Assembly: GCA_040285825.1 (NCBI GenBank)
Contig: JAUPSS010000004.1
Span: 6,843,604 to 6,907,603 of the forward strand
DNA: 64,000 nt
Source: Eukaryota sp. TZLM1-RC
Lineage: Eukaryota; Protista; Metamonada: BaSk clade
Direction of reading: 5' to 3'
Shown here: piece after piece, positions 21,131 through 33,900 of the stretch
Numbering within the stretch: the first letter of the stretch is position 1
Layout: each line of letters starts with the position of its first letter
Translations under genes and position numbers: made by a program
The notes under the pieces: generated by a model
What the model was told of the DNA's origin: nothing
Database searches by the model: none
Seen by the model: only the letters and a program-made list of their open reading frames with translations

Positions 21131-23110
21131 ACAGCATGGACCTTACTGAAAACGGAAGGTGTACAGACAATCAGAAATGATTGATTTTTCAGTTTCAGTT
21201 ACTTTTAAAATTTGGTTTATTTTCAACTTCTTACATGCACAAAACAATAAAACATGGACAAACTGATAAGCAGACACATTTGGTATAGATACTGGACCTG
21301 CTTTAAGCATTTTCTTTCCTAAAAATAGTAAACAAATGTGAAATTTGATGAAGTTGTTGTTAGTCAAAGCAGTTGTAAGTTTAATCAATGGTGTTTGTAG
21401 ATTCAATAAATTCGTAACCTTTCAGAATTTAATTCCTTTATGCAGTACAAACATGTTATTAAGGGAAGTCACAACACCCATTTCTTCCATCCCATTTCTT
21501 TCCCTCTTTGACGAAGAACCTTTCGCTCCTCGTTCAACTATATCTGAGTTCGCCAGTGATCTTGGTGGAACTGTTGGCTTTTCTATTATAGAGAATATAG
21601 GTTTCGTTCAGTGCGCTCACACATTGACTATAAAACATTGGATCCCATAAAATAGACTAACAAAAGACATTCTGTAAAGGCACTACTGGCTATTCTTGAG
21701 TCTAAACTCGAGTCTATTACAGATCATCCATCCCAAGGTGCACCAATAACTTCTGATGTGCCACCCTCTTCAGCAGCACCCCCTGTTTGTCCTCCCTCTG
21801 GTGCTCACCCACCTCCACCTTCACTTCCTCTTCCTCAGTAAGAAACTTGTAGAACTATAATATATTAAGCAGCGAATATAAATAAAAAATCAAATAGACA
21901 ACTAAGGCTCCACATAATCATCTGCCTCTGCAACATCGAAAGAGTTAATTACTAAATATGTTGCAAATGGACCAAAATAAGAAACTGAATCAGAAATATA
22001 TTTCAACATTCCCTTATAAATTGCAAAAACAATACTGTTTTGCCAGTAAGCACGATTGAAAATTCATCCAGCCCTTTTCTTTACAACTTCTTTTCTTCCA
22101 ACTTTCTTTTTTTTCAGTACTTTGAAATCCTTAAGGAAAGCCAAAAGCATCCTTACCTAAAGAACTGAGTAAAGAAGAAATAATAAATAGATTAGATGAA
22201 TTAGAAGTGTTATTCAATTAGTGAAGGTAGTATTATAGGTGATTTAAATTGGAACTAAATGTACTAATACTCACCAGATAACTAATAGTTCCAAAATAAA
22301 ATATTTTCGATTCATCTTGTATTATAGTGTTCGTGCAAGTGTTGGTAAAAAGAATAGTGTTGGTGAAAGCGGATTTTATAATTATGTGTACAAAACGAAA
22401 ACCACAAGTGAAGTTGTCACCAAAACACCATCCGATTATGCCAAACTCTTTTGATCTTCTTATCAACAGCAGCAACCTTGAGACACTGAGGTGCCACGCC
22501 TCAGAAGATACGATACATTTTACTATATTTTATGAATATTATTCTATTTTAAGATACAATAGATCTTTAGATAAAGACCACCTCTGCAAGGACTCACAAA
22601 ACATGCCAAATTTTTTGTACCTGAACGAGCTTCAGGACCCTCAAGCCAGTTATATTTAAGGGTAAAGCTATTGACTTCATTACTTATTAATATAATCAGA
22701 ATATATACTTTAATCACCCAAATACAAGTCAACGAAATTTAAATACAACCCGCATAATTTCAGAAATTGCATTTGGGTCTGGTTTGTATTTGGGTGATTA
22801 CAGTAATATTTTATTTACTTGATTTTCTACTAATTATGTTTCGTTTATACAGGTGGAAGACAAGTAAACACATGTTTCTATTTTTGGTGAAACTAACATC
22901 AACAGCTGAAGTTCTGGGCCAATTGAGTTTTTGATTGAGCTGAGCAATAAATTGTGCCATTTACATAGTTCAACTCCGTGGAAGATCTGGTGTTGAGACT
23001 ATATTCATGGTTAGAACTTTTTAAGGACATTCATTATACTATTTATAGTGACATTGATGTGATCTGTGCCACCACAATAAATTTCCTGGTTCTTCACACA
23101 ACTAAATCTC

Positions 23111-24712
23111 ATGCATCATGCTACTGAGTCTTATAATCAAGTTGTTTCGCGTCTTACTCGTGAGGTCAATTTCCTTCACAGTGCAGCTTCTGAAGATGCC
23201 GCTACCTTCAGACGTTCTCTGCACGCAAAAGACGAACAGATTCAACAACTCCAGTCACAAATACAAAACTTAAAGCTTCAAAACCTACAACTCAACGAAA
23301 AGCAGCAAGTACTTGAACGGGATTACGATCGCCTCCGTCTTCGCCTAGAAACTCAACCCGATCTCTCTCCTCAAACACATAGGTCTGTCTCCAAACCCAG
23401 CAACGAGTCCAAACTGAAAGCGAAGATCACGCACCTTGAAGACCAACTCTCGATATTCTCTCAAAAGCTCTCAGAGTCAGATGAGGCAGCAAAAGTAAGT
23501 GCTGCAGAAGCGGAGAGATCTGTTCAAGAATTACAAAGGTTTGCGAAAAACATTATCCAGTTGAGGGATGAGTTGAATACAAAGGATGTAGAGTATCGTG
23601 AGCAAGTTGAATATTTGAAAGGTGAGCTCAGGAAAAAATCAAACGATGATTTAATTAAAACCTTGAATTTGGAAATTTCTGTTTTAAAGGAAGAATTAAC
23701 TCGAAAAGAATTAGATTTTAAAAGAACAATTGCTGATTTAAAACAACAATATGAAGAAACAATTCAGAACAAATCTCGTGAAGTGGAGAAATTGCAAGAA
23801 TTACCACACTTGTTGGAAGAAAAAACCAATAAATACAGTCAATTGAGTCATGATTTGAAAAATTCAAATGAAAAATGTTTTCTTTTGGAGCAACAATTAA
23901 GTGAATTAAGAAATGAGAAATTAAATCTTGAAAAAGAACTCACGTCAGCTAATAAATTCCATCAAGAAAGACTTCAAAAACAAGAAATTCAATTCAGTGA
24001 AGAAAAGAAGAAATTGGAAAAGGAAATTGAATTGTTGAAAGAAAAAGAATTTTCACTGAAACAAAATCAAGAAAATTTAATTTCTACAGCAGTGAAATCT
24101 TTAGATCAAGAAAAAGACAGTATTCTATCGGAATTAGATCAAAAAACAGAAGAAGTCTATGCAATTCAACAACAAAAACGTGATCTTGAATGTCAAATAT
24201 CAAAACTTTCTGATTCCTTAAATGATTGTCATTTGGAGCTCGATGCTTATCGCCGACAGGGAGAATCAATAAGAAAAGAACTTTTGGATAGTCAATCTAT
24301 TCAAATTCAAGTTGAGAAAAAAGCCGAGCAATTTCGTAATGAGGTTGAATTAATCAAAGTGGAATTAAATAATTCTAGGACGGAAAATAATGATCTTCAA
24401 GAAGAAATTCAACGTTTAATTCTAGAAGGTGACGAATTAGCTGATATTAGAGATGCATTAACTAATGATCTACAGCAGTGTATGATGCTCTTAAATAATG
24501 CTAATGCTGAAATCAAGGAATTAGAAGAAGAAAGAAATCAGTTTGGAAGTGCTATCACTATGTCTGGTTCCAGAGCTGCTCAATTAGAGAAAGAGATGGA
24601 ACAATTAAGGAGGGAATATGAGTTGAAATTGAGTGATCTTCAACAGCAACATGATGAACTGTCGAATGCATACTCAGAGTTGGAGTTGGAGTTGTCGAGA
24701 TTTCAAAGTTGA
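23111..24712 (+). CDS. Long coiled-coil protein, unknown function (533 aa)
   Basis: Uninterrupted ORF with E/K/L/Q-rich heptads and no other recognisable domain. Confidence 0.8.
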   Translation: MHHATESYNQVVSRLTREVNFLHSAASEDAATFRRSLHAKDEQIQQLQSQIQNLKLQNLQLNEKQQVLERDYDRLRLRLETQPDLSPQTHRSVSKPSNESKLKAKITHLEDQLSIFSQKLSESDEAAKVSAAEAERSVQELQRFAKNIIQLRDELNTKDVEYREQVEYLKGELRKKSNDDLIKTLNLEISVLKEELTRKELDFKRTIADLKQQYEETIQNKSREVEKLQELPHLLEEKTNKYSQLSHDLKNSNEKCFLLEQQLSELRNEKLNLEKELTSANKFHQERLQKQEIQFSEEKKKLEKEIELLKEKEFSLKQNQENLISTAVKSLDQEKDSILSELDQKTEEVYAIQQQKRDLECQISKLSDSLNDCHLELDAYRRQGESIRKELLDSQSIQIQVEKKAEQFRNEVELIKVELNNSRTENNDLQEEIQRLILEGDELADIRDALTNDLQQCMMLLNNANAEIKELEEERNQFGSAITMSGSRAAQLEKEMEQLRREYELKLSDLQQQHDELSNAYSELELELSRFQS

Positions 24713-26190
24713 TACTTTGAAATTTTTGTTTTTATTTAATTTATTTCTTGCTGTGGATTTTTACACGTTTTTCTTTTACAATTTGGTGTAAGGTTTTTGT
24801 ACAATAGTTTCATTTTCAAAAAGTTCATTTATTATTGTTTTGTTTTAATCATTACATAAATTAATTTATTTGAATGTTGTCCATCAACAATTATAGAGAA
24901 GTTATTCTGCACAAACCGTAGCATCAAATCCTTTTTAAAATGCATAGTTTCGAGTACTGACTTTGTCCTATATCAGCAATCTCTAGCAGGTGGTGAGAAG
25001 CACAATGTTGTCGGAGCAAAGCCAGTGTTTTTTGATGAAAAATTGTCATTAGTGACTTTCTTCAAAAGCAGAAAGCAAACAAGATTAACGATTTTGTTGA
25101 TGGAGTGCCTCCCTTAGAGTAGCACGAAATGTTCTACAGATGTTGCAAATCAGCCACAAGTGTTTGTCTTGCTGAAACCAGATATTCCCAAAAGGTAATT
25201 AGTTCAAATAATCACATTACTTTTTGGTGCGTTTGAAGACAGGTATTGAACTGCTGAACATTGTGTGTGAAAGACATTGCTTCAACATTTGCATTAACGT
25301 ATTTCAAGGTGTGAATATTATTGGATACTGCATCACCTTAAAAATGTGACCACATCATCAATTTGAGTTTTGTCGTGTTCCATATTTTGTTGGCTATTCA
25401 AAATACTACGGCTGACTGTGATGTGCTTCCATTTAAAAATAAGATAAGATCTGAGTCATTTGAAAAATTTTCTCTCTTATTTTTTTTCAAAAATAACCAA
25501 CTTTATTGTTTAAACAACATTTCTTGTCATCGTACTGTTGTTAATGGTTGTCTAATTGTTCATTGATAAAATTGAACGAAACATTCGGTCTCAACTATTC
25601 CCCTCCCCCAGTGACTGGCTCACTTCAATGAATCATTAAATCACTTCTTTTGTGCTTTAAGAAACTCACCAAAAAATATGCCAGCACTCATCAGTGTTTC
25701 AACTGTGATTTTAGCGTTTTGAGTTACCAAAATTCCCACTGTCTCTGCATTTTGGTTTGTGTCACCACACATTGGTGATGAGCTATTTTTCGCCTTTTGC
25801 ATACAATTACCTCCAAACTATGACTGATTGTGTGTGGTGAGATAGTGAATAGGTCTGTGGCCTTTTGAACTTCTTGATGATATTTCATGTATTTCAAAAA
25901 ATTTCACAAGTGATATTTTTTTCATTGTCAAATGTGTAAAATTTATATTGTATCGGTCAATTCTAAAAATAGTGTCCGTAATTTTTGTTATGAAGTGTTC
26001 AAGATGAGCAGATTTTATGCCAACATAACCTGTACTTTACCATAGTTCACTGCAAAACGACAACAACATGACAAGTGACGAAGTGACCTTAATTGGCCTT
26101 CAACTGATTACTAAGAATTAGTATTGAACCTCATCACTGTTTTTCCTGTAACAAATCATGTACATGTGATTTACTGTAATGACATTTCAA

Positions 26191-27987
26191 TAGGGGTGTA
26201 AATGGTGTTTCTTAATTGGTTTTTTAAATTGGTTTTAGTTTGGCTTCAATGTTTCTATTAGTTGGTTTGGTGTGGTTTTCATTTAAGGCGAAACCAAAAT
26301 TAAACTGTTAAATCCAAAACAATAAAAGAATTTTTTGTTAATTAATTTAGATGCCGAAAATCAGAATGCGGTGTATCAATTGTCTTCCTATAAATGCAGA
26401 ATTTTTTATCAACTTCTTCTCCTTGCACAATTATCATCAAAACCAAAATGTCGTCGAGGTTGTTGACGAAATTGTTTCTCCTACACATGTTTTGCGCCCA
26501 TTGTGAACATTGTTCCAATAATATACTTAGTTACAACACAGTATACAGTATACAGTATGGGAATAAATATGTGCATGAAACAGTCGATTTTAGAAAGGCA
26601 CGATCAGGTGAACTCACAGTGATGGTTTTGTAGTAATCATTATTGAAGATAATTTCTTTCAGAAATTTTCATTTGCCAGAGTGCCAATTGGGCTTGCAAA
26701 ACTGAGTAATTTTTGTCAAAAAACGACGTTTAAAAGTTTTGGTTTTGGAAAAAAGTGGAGCAATTTAAACCCCTCAGATTTTAATACTTTTCAAAATTCT
26801 GAAAAGGTTAAAGAGAGGTTTATGAGTTAATATTTAATTTTGTATATAAGCATAAATAATTCAAGAGTAATCATACCATTATCTATTCTGAATGGAACTT
26901 TTAAAAACACTATTGTTTATCACAATTATGTCAGGAATTTGGAACAACTTATGTTAAAACTTTGCTGAAGTAATAGGCTTATATACAAACTCCAAAAGCT
27001 TGGTTCAATATGTAGACGACTTTCTGAGAAAACGCTGTGAAACAAAGTGCATTATTCACCTATTCGGAGGATAAAAATTTTGTAAAGTGTTTGTAATTTA
27101 CCAAATTTTCCTATGTGCGCTGCAGTGAAAACCAACTTAAAAGCTTCTCCAATTCTGTTGAACCACAGTAATGGGAAACATTAGTGATGAAAGTTATGAA
27201 TATGATGATTTAAATATACATAGGTCTTGAAATAGGGACTGGTGATTTGATCTATAACATTTAAGTTAATAGCTTCTGGAAAAAGTCGTCCCTATAAAAT
27301 GGTATTCAACATCATTGTGTTGATCGAACAGTGTAAGATAATCAAATTCGGCTCTGAGCTATTTTCATCAAAAGACAACACAAAGATTTACTGCATGTTG
27401 AAGCAACTTTGGGAGTTGAATGCAATGTTTGATTAGATTACCATTTTTAAATGCATTTTTTCAGCAAACATTCCCAGAAAGTCCACTGTGGTAAATCAAA
27501 GCAAACAAGAGCTTGTTTGTAAGTTCGAGTCCTTTATATACACAAAAAAATGTGTTTCAATAAACATGATTAAGAATACTTTACATTTTACACTAACTGA
27601 TTATTGATGAAACAAGTGAACAAACCAATAAAATTATTGTAATGCTATGATTGCTAGCTTTATGCTTATATGTCAGCTAAATTGTATTGGCAATTCGATA
27701 ATTGTCAATTATTGAACCCGCAAAGTAACAGAAAAGATCTCGACTTACGAATTAAACCGAAAGCGAAAAATACAAACATCATTACTGAATATGATATTCT
27801 TATTGAAACTGTTAGCAGGAGAACCTTTTCAGCAGGAAAAAAGCTGTTACAACATTTTAAGAGATCAGGTATCAGTCGGTATATAAACCTGAACTTTATC
27901 ACCCAAACAAGTGTTGAGGTGAAACGTTTGCTTTCATTGGCAAAAAGTGTGTTGGGAACAAACTCAATGTCGTGGACTGACCGATGA
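26191..27987 (+). mobile_element. Possible ancient hAT relic
   Basis: TAGGGGTGTAAA TIR-like start followed by ttggttt/aaacc subterminal motifs. ORF 27670-27987 has KKLLQHFKRSG and SVEVKRLLSLAKSVL, resembling the hAT insertion and dimerisation regions. No matching right TIR was found. Confidence 0.35.
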
Positions 27988-28001
27988 AAATCTTACACTC
28001 A

Positions 28002-28771
28002 TGATCTGGATGGATTAGAAGACATCTTTACCTAAAAGCAAAGTAATTTATTACAAAAGTAAAATGGTTCCCTTCGACTTGAGCGCTAGAACGCAGTTGT
28101 ACATTAAACTAGAATAAACTACAATAATATAAACTAATCTAAAACTAATATAAATAATATAGATAGCCAATGCTATCACTGCTCTTTCTCTTTTTCGAGC
28201 GTCGAGGCCTCAAAACAACGGGAGGAATCGTATTGCTGGAATTACGATTTGCACGACGTTTTCGTGTGGAGAACGAGGAGCGAGAATTAGATAATGACTT
28301 GGCAAAAGCTTTAGGCAGCAGTGTTATTAGCAGTGGAAATCAGCTCAGTGGTGATGTGATTACCACTGGTTAGGGTTAGGTAACTTACCAGGCCATTGGT
28401 CTTGGCAATAATCACCATCCTGACTGCGTACCTTCTGAATAACATGCTCTTCAGCATCACCAGCAGCAACCCAGGAGTGTAATTCATCATAAGAAGGGGA
28501 GGCTAGAATGCCAAGGCTAAAGGTCATGGCACCTGGCCTTGACCAAGCACCTTAATGTTGGTTGTGGAGGTAGATGGGGTGTCAACTATTAGGAATGACC
28601 CTTTGCAATTACCATGCAGCTTTGCAGCGGTTGATGAAGCACGCTTGATCATTTGACCTGGAGAGAAAAGGTTTGCTTCAAGAGGATTCTTGTACATTAA
28701 ACTAGAATAAACTATAATAATATAAGCTAATCTAAAACTAATGTAAATAATAAAGCTAGCCAATGCAAACA
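28002..28771 (-). mobile_element. Internally deleted Gypsy relic: partial 5' LTR fused to integrase C-terminus, PPT and 3' LTR
   Basis: Diverged direct repeat of about 80 bp at 28098-28178 and 28691-28771. PPT gaaaaagagaaagagcag before TG at 28178. Peptides NLFSPGQMIKR..KLHGNCKGSF and AAGDAEEHVI match the tail of the intact Gypsy. The left boundary is tentative. Confidence 0.7.
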
Positions 28772-29243
28772 GCACTGGAATTGTTTCTGAGATGTATTTG
28801 GGTTTAATGTGACATCAGCAAGTTTCGTACTATTTTCAGCCCACAATGGAATGAAGAGGATGTGAATTTATGAATAGTATTAGGGGATGTATTATGGGTT
28901 ATTTTTCTATTTCTAAATTACATTATCTTGATCTTGTTTAAAGCAACCAATATTGCCACTCAATTGCCAATAATTGCAATTTGAAATGGATGTGAAAATT
29001 AAATACCAATTAAATACCAATCCAATATTTCCTTTGCATAAATTGTGCTCAATACAACTTAATAACATATAATTTGATTGTTGCAATTTATTGATTCAAT
29101 AATACAAAAAATTCAACATGGTGTGATGTTTATCGCATAGAATTTGATATAAACAACGATGGATGAGTACATTGAAAACTCTCAAATAAGACAAGACAAT
29201 AACTAATGAACTTGTTGCAACTAAAAATAAAGACAATATAGGT

Positions 29244-30073
29244 TTACTGTTCACGAACCTTGGCCTTACCACCAGCGATTAAACCAGTTCTGCGAGCAGC
29301 AATGAGACCAACCTTACGACCAGGAGGTGTAGATCTTGCTACAGTTGTAGGATGACCAACGTGTTGATCTGGGATGAACAATTAGTAAAACAACATACGA
29401 TTACCACCACCATGGGGATGCTCAACTGGATTCATTGCAACACCACGAACAACGGGCCAGCACTTGCGCTTGGCCTTATATTTGTGATAAGCTCTACCAG
29501 CTTTTAGTAATGGCTTATCTGTTCTTCCTCCACCTGCAATAATACCGATCATGGCACGAGCATTGGATGGAACTGACTTTTTGGCACCAGATGGAAGACG
29601 AATACGAGACTTATTGTCATCAGGATTGTGAGACACAACAACAGCATACTCACCAGAGGCACGTGCAAAAATACCACGATCTCCCATCTTAGCTTCAACA
29701 TTACAGATAACGGTACCTTCGGGCATTTGGCCAACTGGAAGAACGTTACCTACTGTGAGATTGGCCTTAGCTCCACAATAGACAAATTGACCTGTATGCA
29801 TTCCTTCAGAGGCAAGGAAGAGTTCATGAGTTTTCTTGTACTTAAGAGGGTGACGGAACTCAACACGTGCAAGAGGGGCACCTCTTCCAGAATCGTGGAC
29901 GATCTCTCTGACTACTCCCCTCAGATATCCCTTACGTTCGGCAAAATCAAGAGCCCTAAGTTTGGCAGCCCCTTGGCGCTTATGAGTGTGGGCAGTGTAA
30001 ATGCTACCAGCACCCTTACGTTGTCTGGAATAAGAGAGTAGAGAATCACTTACCCGCGAATAACTTTACCCAT
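29244..30073 (-). CDS. RPL8: 60S ribosomal protein L8 (uL2), 3 exons: 30073-30054, 30024-29399, 29368-29244
   Basis: [47 protein letters not shown]. The reading frame is restored by two GT-AG introns. Confidence 0.97.
29369..29398 (-). other. 30-nt spliceosomal intron
   Basis: gtatgttgttttactaattgttcatcccag, with a TACTAA branch-like motif and an in-frame stop; removal restores GGGNHQH. Confidence 0.9.
30025..30053 (-). other. 29-nt spliceosomal intron
   Basis: gtaagtgattctctactctcttattccag; removal joins MGKVIRG to QRKGAG. Confidence 0.9.
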
Positions 30074-30443
30074 TGAAAATTGAGGGAGAGAAAAGGAAAA
30101 GAAAAGAGTTTGTGTTCAAATTGATGAAATCGAAGAATCAAATGTATACACCTATTATCGCTCACACACATTTATAACTCATCAGTCATGATTTGATACA
30201 TTTTCGATTACTTAAGTTCAGTTGATGTTATTAAATTAATGGTCAAAAGGCAAGACATAAATTTATTATCTCAAAAGATGAGAACATATCATAGACAAGG
30301 AATGGATATCGATCCATCATACTCTTCAAAACATTTATCAAACCAACCATTTTTAAAAAAGTGTGTCCCTCCTCAAAAATAGTGTTTCTACAGCATCGCA
30401 ATATAATAAATGACAGCACAAAATAATATCAAAGATAAAACAG

Positions 30444-30956
30444 TTATTTTACAAACTGACGTAAGAAACTCTTGTGAAATTCAGTTTGGACCATGTCACT
30501 GACACCAATATTTCGTTTTTTCTTGGGTGGAGCCACATCAGAAGAAAACATGATGTCTTCATCCCAAGTAGTTTCAGCTTCTTGGTCAATGAATTTTAAA
30601 CCACTAAATGTTTCAGAAGATTGCAATACAGCAGAAGCAGCCTTCTCATCCAATTTTCGCTGCGACTCTCGAGCTTCTTTAATTCTTTGTAATTCAGAAA
30701 GAAGTACATCATCTGGTTCGTCTTCATCAGAAGACAAATATCGATCAACCAATGATGAAGATGAATGTTTCGTTGACAAATGAGAAGATTTAGATGGTAC
30801 AAATCCAAGTGCTTGTTGTAAGAGAGAACTGTCAATGATGGGTATTGCTATGGATTCATAGGGCCTTTGTCTTAATTGTAATTGCTGAGATGCTTGAGTT
30901 TTAACAACACGGCCACTTGGAACAAAACGGCGAAACCTTTCCAGTGTTTCAGACAT
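30444..30956 (-). CDS. CWC15: Spliceosome-associated Cwc15-like protein
   Basis: LQLRQ, acidic stretch followed by LLSELQRIKEAR, WDEDIMF, and C-terminal DMVQTEFHKSFLRQFVK. Confidence 0.75.
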   Translation of the reverse strand: MSETLERFRRFVPSGRVVKTQASQQLQLRQRPYESIAIPIIDSSLLQQALGFVPSKSSHLSTKHSSSSLVDRYLSSDEDEPDDVLLSELQRIKEARESQRKLDEKAASAVLQSSETFSGLKFIDQEAETTWDEDIMFSSDVAPPKKKRNIGVSDMVQTEFHKSFLRQFVK

Positions 30957-30997
30957 TTTTTCGAAATAAAAAGTTTTGCTTAGTTCAGAGACTACTA

Positions 30998-33900
30998 ATG
31001 TCAGTCCAAATACATAACACTGGCCCGAGGCCAGATGATACGCTCAGTGGTGCTGCATCACTTCCCACTCAGGACGAAGCTCTTACGCACCTTGTCACAG
31101 ATTACCTCGATATTTCGCAATTCTCTGATGCATTGGCCTCTGCAAAATGGAAGGAACGTGTTCAAGCTTCCGACGAAATACTAAAAACTATCAGTAAAGT
31201 AACACCTTCATCAGTATCTTCTTTATTTGTCTCTTCAATGGCTGTTTTTCTACATTCTTGCAAGACCTTCTCCAACACCAATACACAGGTCATTTCGAAG
31301 GGTTTCTCAATAATAACCACCCTTCTAAACAAACTTTCTGATAGTGAAAAGGCTAACCCTCACCTTGTTGGACTCTTACTCCCCCTTGCCGCTGATAAAA
31401 CCACTGATACCCGTGCCAAGACTGCTGCTGCTGAGTTGATTCATGCTTTGAGTAAGTACTGTACTCCTGGAGTTGTGTTTGAAAACATTTTCAGTAGTAT
31501 TTCAGGTATTAAGCTCCCAAAAACACAGGCCGAAATTATTAATATAATGGCCCAAATTGCCGAATCTTTTGCTTTAATGACTATAGATGTTAAGAAATTA
31601 GTTAATTTTTGTTCTAGTTTAGCTGAATCTCCCAATGCCCAAGTTCGACAATCTGTTATTAATTTACTATGCTCAATGAAGAAAGTTTTGGGACCTCCTA
31701 TAATGAACTTACTTACTGATTTCAAACCTGCTCTATTAAGTACAATTCAGTCTGAATTGGACAAGGTTGATGGTAATTCTGTCGATCAACCTGCCGTTGG
31801 GGTTCATGGAATTGAAGTTTCAGAGGTGCCTTCCTTAGATGTTAATGTTTCTAAACCTAAAGCAAAGGGAAAAGCTGCCAAAAGTAAACAGGAAGCTGAG
31901 AAACCTTCCCGACCTCCACCAAAAGGGAAACCCGTGTCATCTAAGCCTGCTTCGAAAAAGGAAATTAACAAGAAAGCTGGAGTGGGAAAAGCTGTGGTAA
32001 AGGCAACTGGTCCCAGTGTTTCTGAGCTAATGACGTCAGCACCTTCCCTTCCTACCCAAGACGAAGCTCTTACGCACCTTGTCACAGATTACCTCGATAT
32101 TTCGCAATTCTCTGATGCATTGGCCTCTGCAAAATGGAAGGAACGTGTTCAAGCTTCCGACGAAATACTAGAAACTATCAGTAAAGTAACACCTCCATCA
32201 GTATCTTCTTTATTTGTCTCTTCAATGGCTGTTTTTCTACATTCTTGCAAGACCTTCTCCAACACCAATACACAGGTCATCTCGAAGGGTTTCTCAATAA
32301 TAACCACCCTTCTAAACAAACTTTCTGATAGTGAAAAGGCTAACCCTCACCTTGTTGGACTCTTACTCCCCCTTGCCGCTGATAAAACCACTGATACCCG
32401 TGCCAAGACTGCTGCTGCTGAGTTGATTCATGCTTTGAGTAAGTACTGTACTCCTGGAGTTGTGTTTGAAAACATTTTCAGTAGTATTTCAGGTATTAAG
32501 CTCCCAAAAACACAGGCCGAAATTATTAATATAATGGCCCAAATTGCCGAATCTTTTGCTTTAATGACTATAGATGTTAAGAAATTAGTTAATTTTTGTT
32601 CTAGTTTAGCTGAATCTCCCAATGCCCAAGTTCGACAATCTGTTATTAATTTACTATGTTCAATGAAGAAAGTTTTGGGACCTCCTATAATGAACTTACT
32701 TACTGATTTCAAACCTGCTCTATTAAGTACAATTCAGTCTGAATTGGACAAGGTTGATGGTAATTCTGTCGATCAACCTGCCGTTGAGGTTCATGGAGTC
32801 ACTGCTGAAGAAAAGGTCGTACCTATCTTGTCTGTTCCAAAAGCTGATATCTCTAGCAAGATTACTTCAAAAATGATCAGTTCTTTAAATAGTCGTAATT
32901 GGAAAGAAAGATTAGCAGCAGTTAATGAAATTGATGAATTATTATCTTCAGTCAATGATTCAATTGAGCCAAGTCTTGGTGCTGACTTGCCTAATGCTCT
33001 TAGGTTGCGTTTATCTGATTCCAATGCCAATATTGCCACTCAGACTACGAATTTAATAGGCAGAATAATTAAAGCAATTGGTACATCTGCTATTGAGAAA
33101 TACTCCAAAATATGGTTTACTTCTGTAGTTGGTTGTCTAGCAGTAAATAAACCTTTACTACGAACTGCAGCCCAGGAAGTTATGGAAACTTGGGCTGATT
33201 TGGTTGGTTTGGAGAAGCTTGTGCCTTTCTTACCTGATTTAATGGCAGCAGATTCTGTTCTTCAACGTAGAGATGTTGTTATGTTTTTCAATAACCATTT
33301 GAGCAAATGTCAGTCAACTCCTGCTGGTCTGGGGCCTTTGGTTAAGGTTTTATTATCAAGAGCTCAGGATGGTGATAAGGAAATAAGACATGCAGCAGAG
33401 ACTGCTTTGGTCAGCATTGCGGAGATTGTTGGTGGTAGTAAAATTGCGACAATGATAAGAAAGCTTCCCATAGCAGATCAGGATAGACTTCGGCCTCTTG
33501 TTTCCAAAGTAGAAGGTATTACCGCCTCCACTCATCCCACTGGTAAGAGGTCTCCATCCCCAAAGAGTGTCAACCAAGATGATAAAGTTGATGAAACAGA
33601 TGAACCTGTTCATAACGATGATAAGAAACCCCAAGCTGTTCCTAGAAAAGTTACTGGTCGCGCTGTTAGAAGTGTAGAAAAAGAAAAACCCGTTGTTGCT
33701 GATCAGCCTTCTTTAATCTTGATTGAAGCAACCAACCCTTCAGAATTAATGGAAGGAAAAGAAAAAAGGTGGCTGAGGGAAAGGAAAGGGGTAACCAAAT
33801 GGGGGTGTGTTGATGCTGTTAGTAGGAATAAGGCAGAGTATATTGAACAATTGCGTCACCAATTGAACTTTATTGCCAATCAAAAGTTGATTGATTTGAT

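Noticed and set aside
21140-22750. Short ORFs and a Pro-rich patch, possibly a decayed element
   Set aside because: No diagnostic motif, termini or TSD could be identified.
24900-26150. Possible transposase remnant (FQQD-like peptide on minus strand)
   Set aside because: A single short motif amid many stops; insufficient evidence.
30917-30997. TTG-initiated N-terminal extension of XMAP215; likewise GTG start 55838 for NPHP4-like and TTG 46601 for HECT
   Set aside because: Artefacts of bacterial-style start calling. The extensions overlap CWC15 or the candidate omegaRNA, so the first ATG was used.
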